Part shown: positions 54,901 to 56,237 of the stretch, in pieces | Position numbering within the stretch: position 1 is the stretch's first letter | Layout: each line of letters starts with the position of its first letter | IMG/VR virus record: IMGVR_UViG_3300032462_000007 | Location: 1 to 56,237 of that record | Reading direction: 5' to 3' (one strand) | DNA from: a virus | Taxonomy: Duplodnaviria > Caudoviricetes | DNA length: 56,237 nucleotides | Position numbers and translations under genes: made by a program | Notes under the pieces: model-generated | The model's database searches: none | What the model saw: only the letters and a program-made list of their open reading frames with translations | What the model was told of the DNA's origin: nothing

Positions 54901-56237
54901 CACGTCTTGTAATGGTTTTGGTGTAGAGGTGTGTGCAAAAAGACTATTATCTTTTCTTGATCCTGCCAGCCTTCCTACTTCTACACTCTGACCATTCGGA
55001 GACCTAAATTTTAGAACTTGAGCAGTAGTTGATCTTCTTTTTGAGCTTGTGTGGGCCCCCATGCTTCGAGAAAAAAGTTTCCAAACTTCCAAAGCCTCTG
55101 AGTTTCCTCCTAGTTCTTTTCTAATGATGTCATCAGAGACTTGCCAAAATGGGTTTGCCTTATCCCCTAACCTTGATCCTTTAGATATAGTTTTAAAATA
55201 TTCTGAGTGAATGCTGTTTGATAATTTAGCAGCCGTTTTTTCATCAATAATAGGATTTCCTGTTCTTGTCAATGCATCAAGAAACTGTTGTGTAGAACTT
55301 CTGTTCTTTCCATTACTTGCTAGAAATGCAGATTTCATTAATTCAGTAGGAAGCGACCCAGTAGAAAGTAGTCCGTTAATCCTTTCTCTTGAAATAACTC
55401 CATTTTTTACAAGATCTGGAAATTTTTTCAAAACTTCTGGATCAGTTATATCTCCTATATATAGCCCCCCCGTTCCTTTGGGGACGTATCCATCACCTTC
55501 GCCTCTGAAATTTGGATGAACGACCTTCATCTGTTCTTTATTTAATTTTCCAGGAACTATTTTATTAATTTGACTAGTAGCGTTTGGACTATTTTTAGCT
55601 CTACTTATACTTGAGTTTCTTTTTAGCAAGGCCTGGACTTTAGGATTTGCGGTAGTACTTTTTAAGAAGTCGTCAAGACTCCCCATGCCACCTCTTTTTA
55701 TTAGGTCAAGAATTAACCTTGCCTGGGAAACAACTGCTCCTCTATTTAAATGCTGAATTCCTTTTGCCATTCCTCCAGAATTAAATGACTGTGATTTTCC
55801 ATTATTATTAATTTGATGTAGAAGTCCTAAATTATTTTGAGTAGCTTCTTTATTTACAACAAATTCTCCAGGGGTAAGCATTGCTGGAACGGTGTCCGTA
55901 TTTCCAACTCCAGGAACAGTAGTTCCACCTGACATAAATATTGGTCCACCAGAATTTCTTCTTAATGCTCTAACTATTAAATTACCAGGATTAATTCTTT
56001 TTGCTCCACCAGCCACTCCAGCCGTTGCCCCAGCCGCTGCAGTAGCTCCTGCGGCACCTGCAGCACCTGCAACTGCAAATGATGGCAGGCCTGCAGCAGC
56101 TCTTTGAGTAGCAATCATTGCAGAATAGGCTCTTGTCAAGTTTCCTACAGCCACTGCTGCCGCATTTGCTGATCCAGCTTGTTGGACAAGCGTGGTATTT
56201 AAAACTTGTGTGGCTCCAGATAGTTGTTGTGCGGCCA
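48946..56237 (-). CDS. Tape measure protein, 5' end beyond the window, with embedded ART-like cargo domains
   Basis: More than 2400 aa, frame open to the window end; Ala/Gly-rich and coiled-coil segments, three TD.VPAMLTPGEFV motifs, position upstream of tail genes. Confidence 0.85.
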   Translation of the reverse strand, partial: AAQQLSGATQVLNTTLVQQAGSANAAAVAVGNLTRAYSAMIATQRAAAGLPSFAVAGAAGAAGATAAAGATAGVAGGAKRINPGNLIVRALRRNSGGPIFMSGGTTVPGVGNTDTVPAMLTPGEFVVNKEATQNNLGLLHQINNNGKSQSFNSGGMAKGIQHLNRGAVVSQARLILDLIKRGGMGSLDDFLKSTTANPKVQALLKRNSSISRAKNSPNATSQINKIVPGKLNKEQMKVVHPNFRGEGDGYVPKGTGGLYIGDITDPEVLKKFPDLVKNGVISRERINGLLSTGSLPTELMKSAFLASNGKNRSSTQQFLDALTRTGNPIIDEKTAAKLSNSIHSEYFKTISKGSRLGDKANPFWQVSDDIIRKELGGNSEALEVWKLFSRSMGAHTSSKRRSTTAQVLKFRSPNGQSVEVGRLAGSRKDNSLFAHTSTPKPLQDVIDTLFANKGGKVPGVQYLNPGGELLSQVGSNAIKSLRRTRTRLPSQQRKLNFKTLNEYLRTGGPKKIREGDLQHGWNGVTKQNTVSDPDFTMLNSLNSQFKPTQKQQSLTRATTVGSNMSDELPVAQQAKIVRALRSGNYDELHDMILNFKSFGSYTGNRNLDFNPFIAGSSNRLTSAFTSSIDSLAGYKTNIALVRKGIKEAKRRKLVPGSDDYRRLLAQSSWSNALTRGNPGSEMTFEEVLSYYLKFYKEGKATFNSRFPEKMVKQLLINEKVPAGTPALNLMEAFGSRIPTAYHRSPGYAMELMKKEQETLLGKRTSRITGVSSDLKTKLPVLQTETVKRNNGGIIPGYNFGGEIFSSLLKKVLPTGKIKTPMANQREMSSLQEYWMNPRFAHQGNSTSRSILEQFTQKGNVGKGNQLFRALSPADAELLAKNPKSFSTGSVRSTTRNREDAFQISAGLNDLGTGSREVAQVARILVNSKKGTAGIDMGKALPFTTPTSGSNFSMDEVLLSPQTLHSIASITRKVTSSTTGESKKIIETLMTTSNPTKAEKLVLAAMFKISGLNPKKMKLSDPVGEAAILEKAIKKKANEDYLNSWSNSTGVNLGGKIVSPGNVLRANNGTIVPGVGNTDTVPAMLTPGEFVVNKQATQGNMDLLKQINNGEKLNSGGVAGMQYFAKENIQRIVQNVKYLKPTLPGLPYTRANIMMGQRDPYQRASSSATGQALRTDTSMTPSRAIVKLNLALNDGAQKLSTTFAKISANNTAYAKAGAMHTMAMQRMVSTVDSAGNSIKGGASRFITDMKASGVKVEKGPGALKRGFNVKQIGVGIGGYAGGEFIAKKAGVESAFGKEAAGAAASLAAVAAFNKFSKTLVVASKNTQLTSKGMGKLIPKIATSVSTFSKFAMIGGPIGIAVQGLLTTGFLLNALNQDLKKAKKASSEFTKAMYGSADKTNEMAKFFGRQTNSQKLLTSSIEKASGSTISQEDQQAGTGFVQSSAGKTMVDDIKNVKSSGGDAVKALRNQLTSSIIAGIISPEEAAAIASEVGKAIGDERFGVQVVGELTSLIGVGGKNLLTNAVEINAEISAKLDLAQLKADAQKVYNELNFGEKILQGLFGSGRKGFIDEQILSQNSEITVENYKKEANARALISLAFQEGTIDLKEYNRQVSILNEESDKISTRSMIILAKTSGFNSTEDLLKAAKESGDALRRFQQTNSQLDPTQPIDPTRATEAGPMVPTASEQEQAQATEAGPMVPTASEQEQAQIKADLEAKNSIALNALKENLNKYKDIYVKTLIDSGASEELAKQMSKDLEDAIGSDNVAASTKILASILAGEISQYGGIALGKIVNFDNIDLDKLDELKDKLSFIESFSAITTTIDISTIGQEEIDSLYSAATRIHALETPITKQVVFDTIGYDLMGEELNGFLKLDDKTRKDLLLVYTTTYQTKVLAAQEQYAGGEGGANKAVLQAIEQAEVDAAKAFKTEYNKAIDTQGDDPNEDKGGSKTQTLKEYVEEFIKFTKEKQKYLQVTMEIIGTSKMEAILLIDQVRYLEAIAMTESKTSKIRKEGKRILDELTKSAEKRLIADRAFAYLSMSSEEKTIASLNSQTKALEQNAENENKVIRVKQRQLALNNRGLEELSEKEDSINKVYDERFKALDKVANTNDRILSQDESRLSLATALASGDIAAAASAANDMQYKSAQYQLEDTRAALEEKMQSEIKSLAISINNEMLTREQILGRNKTLNEQIEVVEDRLYIIEEQRLKLADARAATELRIYLLQQKQTIEAIRAQKNLTSAQKEMLKSLMADFKNVSGVDHNQYRQYGGKMMKMAYGGVAYKGSNESPPTLKMAYGSTVPGVGMTDKVPAMLTPGEFVIRKSVAKNNMPFLEALNNQAFPGIGSGSKVPTNNFLDGMGSPRYSIPERGSSSIPVNNSSVVATSSPMYNNTYSVNVNVSGTNASPDEIANVVMAKLSNQTRGNLRSYNY
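51109..51217. repeat. Perfect 54-bp tandem duplication in the TMP
   Basis: Encodes ATEAGPMVPTASEQEQAQ twice. Confidence 0.9.
52961..55918. repeat. 66-bp direct repeats at 52961-53026 and 55853-55918
   Basis: 64/66 identical; offset 2892 bp = 964 codons. Confidence 0.9.

Noticed and set aside
15409-56107. Numerous + strand ORFs in the track (for example 24922-25431, 43377-43691, 52385-52729)
   Set aside because: They lie antisense to well-supported - strand genes, with low-complexity shadow translations and no RBS or promoter support that I could see.
1-56237. Stop-codon reassignment
   Set aside because: Long conserved genes are intact in the standard code, TAA/TAG/TGA all end genes at sensible positions, and no suppressor tRNA was found.

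Overview
An AT-rich 56-kb segment of a large tailed (siphovirus-like) phage genome. WhiB, an actinobacterial-type IscA and FtsZ, an FmdB zinc ribbon and many leaderless promoters point to an actinobacterial host, and the gene set resembles large Streptomyces or freshwater actinophages. Bases 1-10.6 kb form a + strand 'early' arm of small genes and three tRNAs, organised as repeated regulatory modules (GCCGCGCCCC box, GTTAC-N6-GTYAT box, TGTCAS-N10-TAnnnT promoter). After a non-coding convergence zone (10.6-11.2 kb), essentially everything is on the - strand. That part holds accessory and lysis genes (EndoVII, IscA, tRNA-Asn, NlpC/P60, M23, holin-like, methyltransferase, tail-less FtsZ, HNH), SSB, WhiB, IMPDH, terminase, a recombination/replication block (RuvC, Cas4-like, RecA, MazG, DnaE split by an HNH gene, primase, DnaB), tail genes and a tape measure protein (TMP) cut by the window end. 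The most striking observations: (1) the TMP carries two ADP-ribosyltransferase-like domains and one unknown domain in a cassette bounded by near-identical 66-bp in-frame repeats; (2) ten early promoters match the PafBC/RecA-NDp DNA-damage promoter geometry; (3) a six-copy compact pseudoknot RNA motif shows covarying stems; (4) DnaE is split without an intron. All calls come from manual motif reading; no database searches were run.
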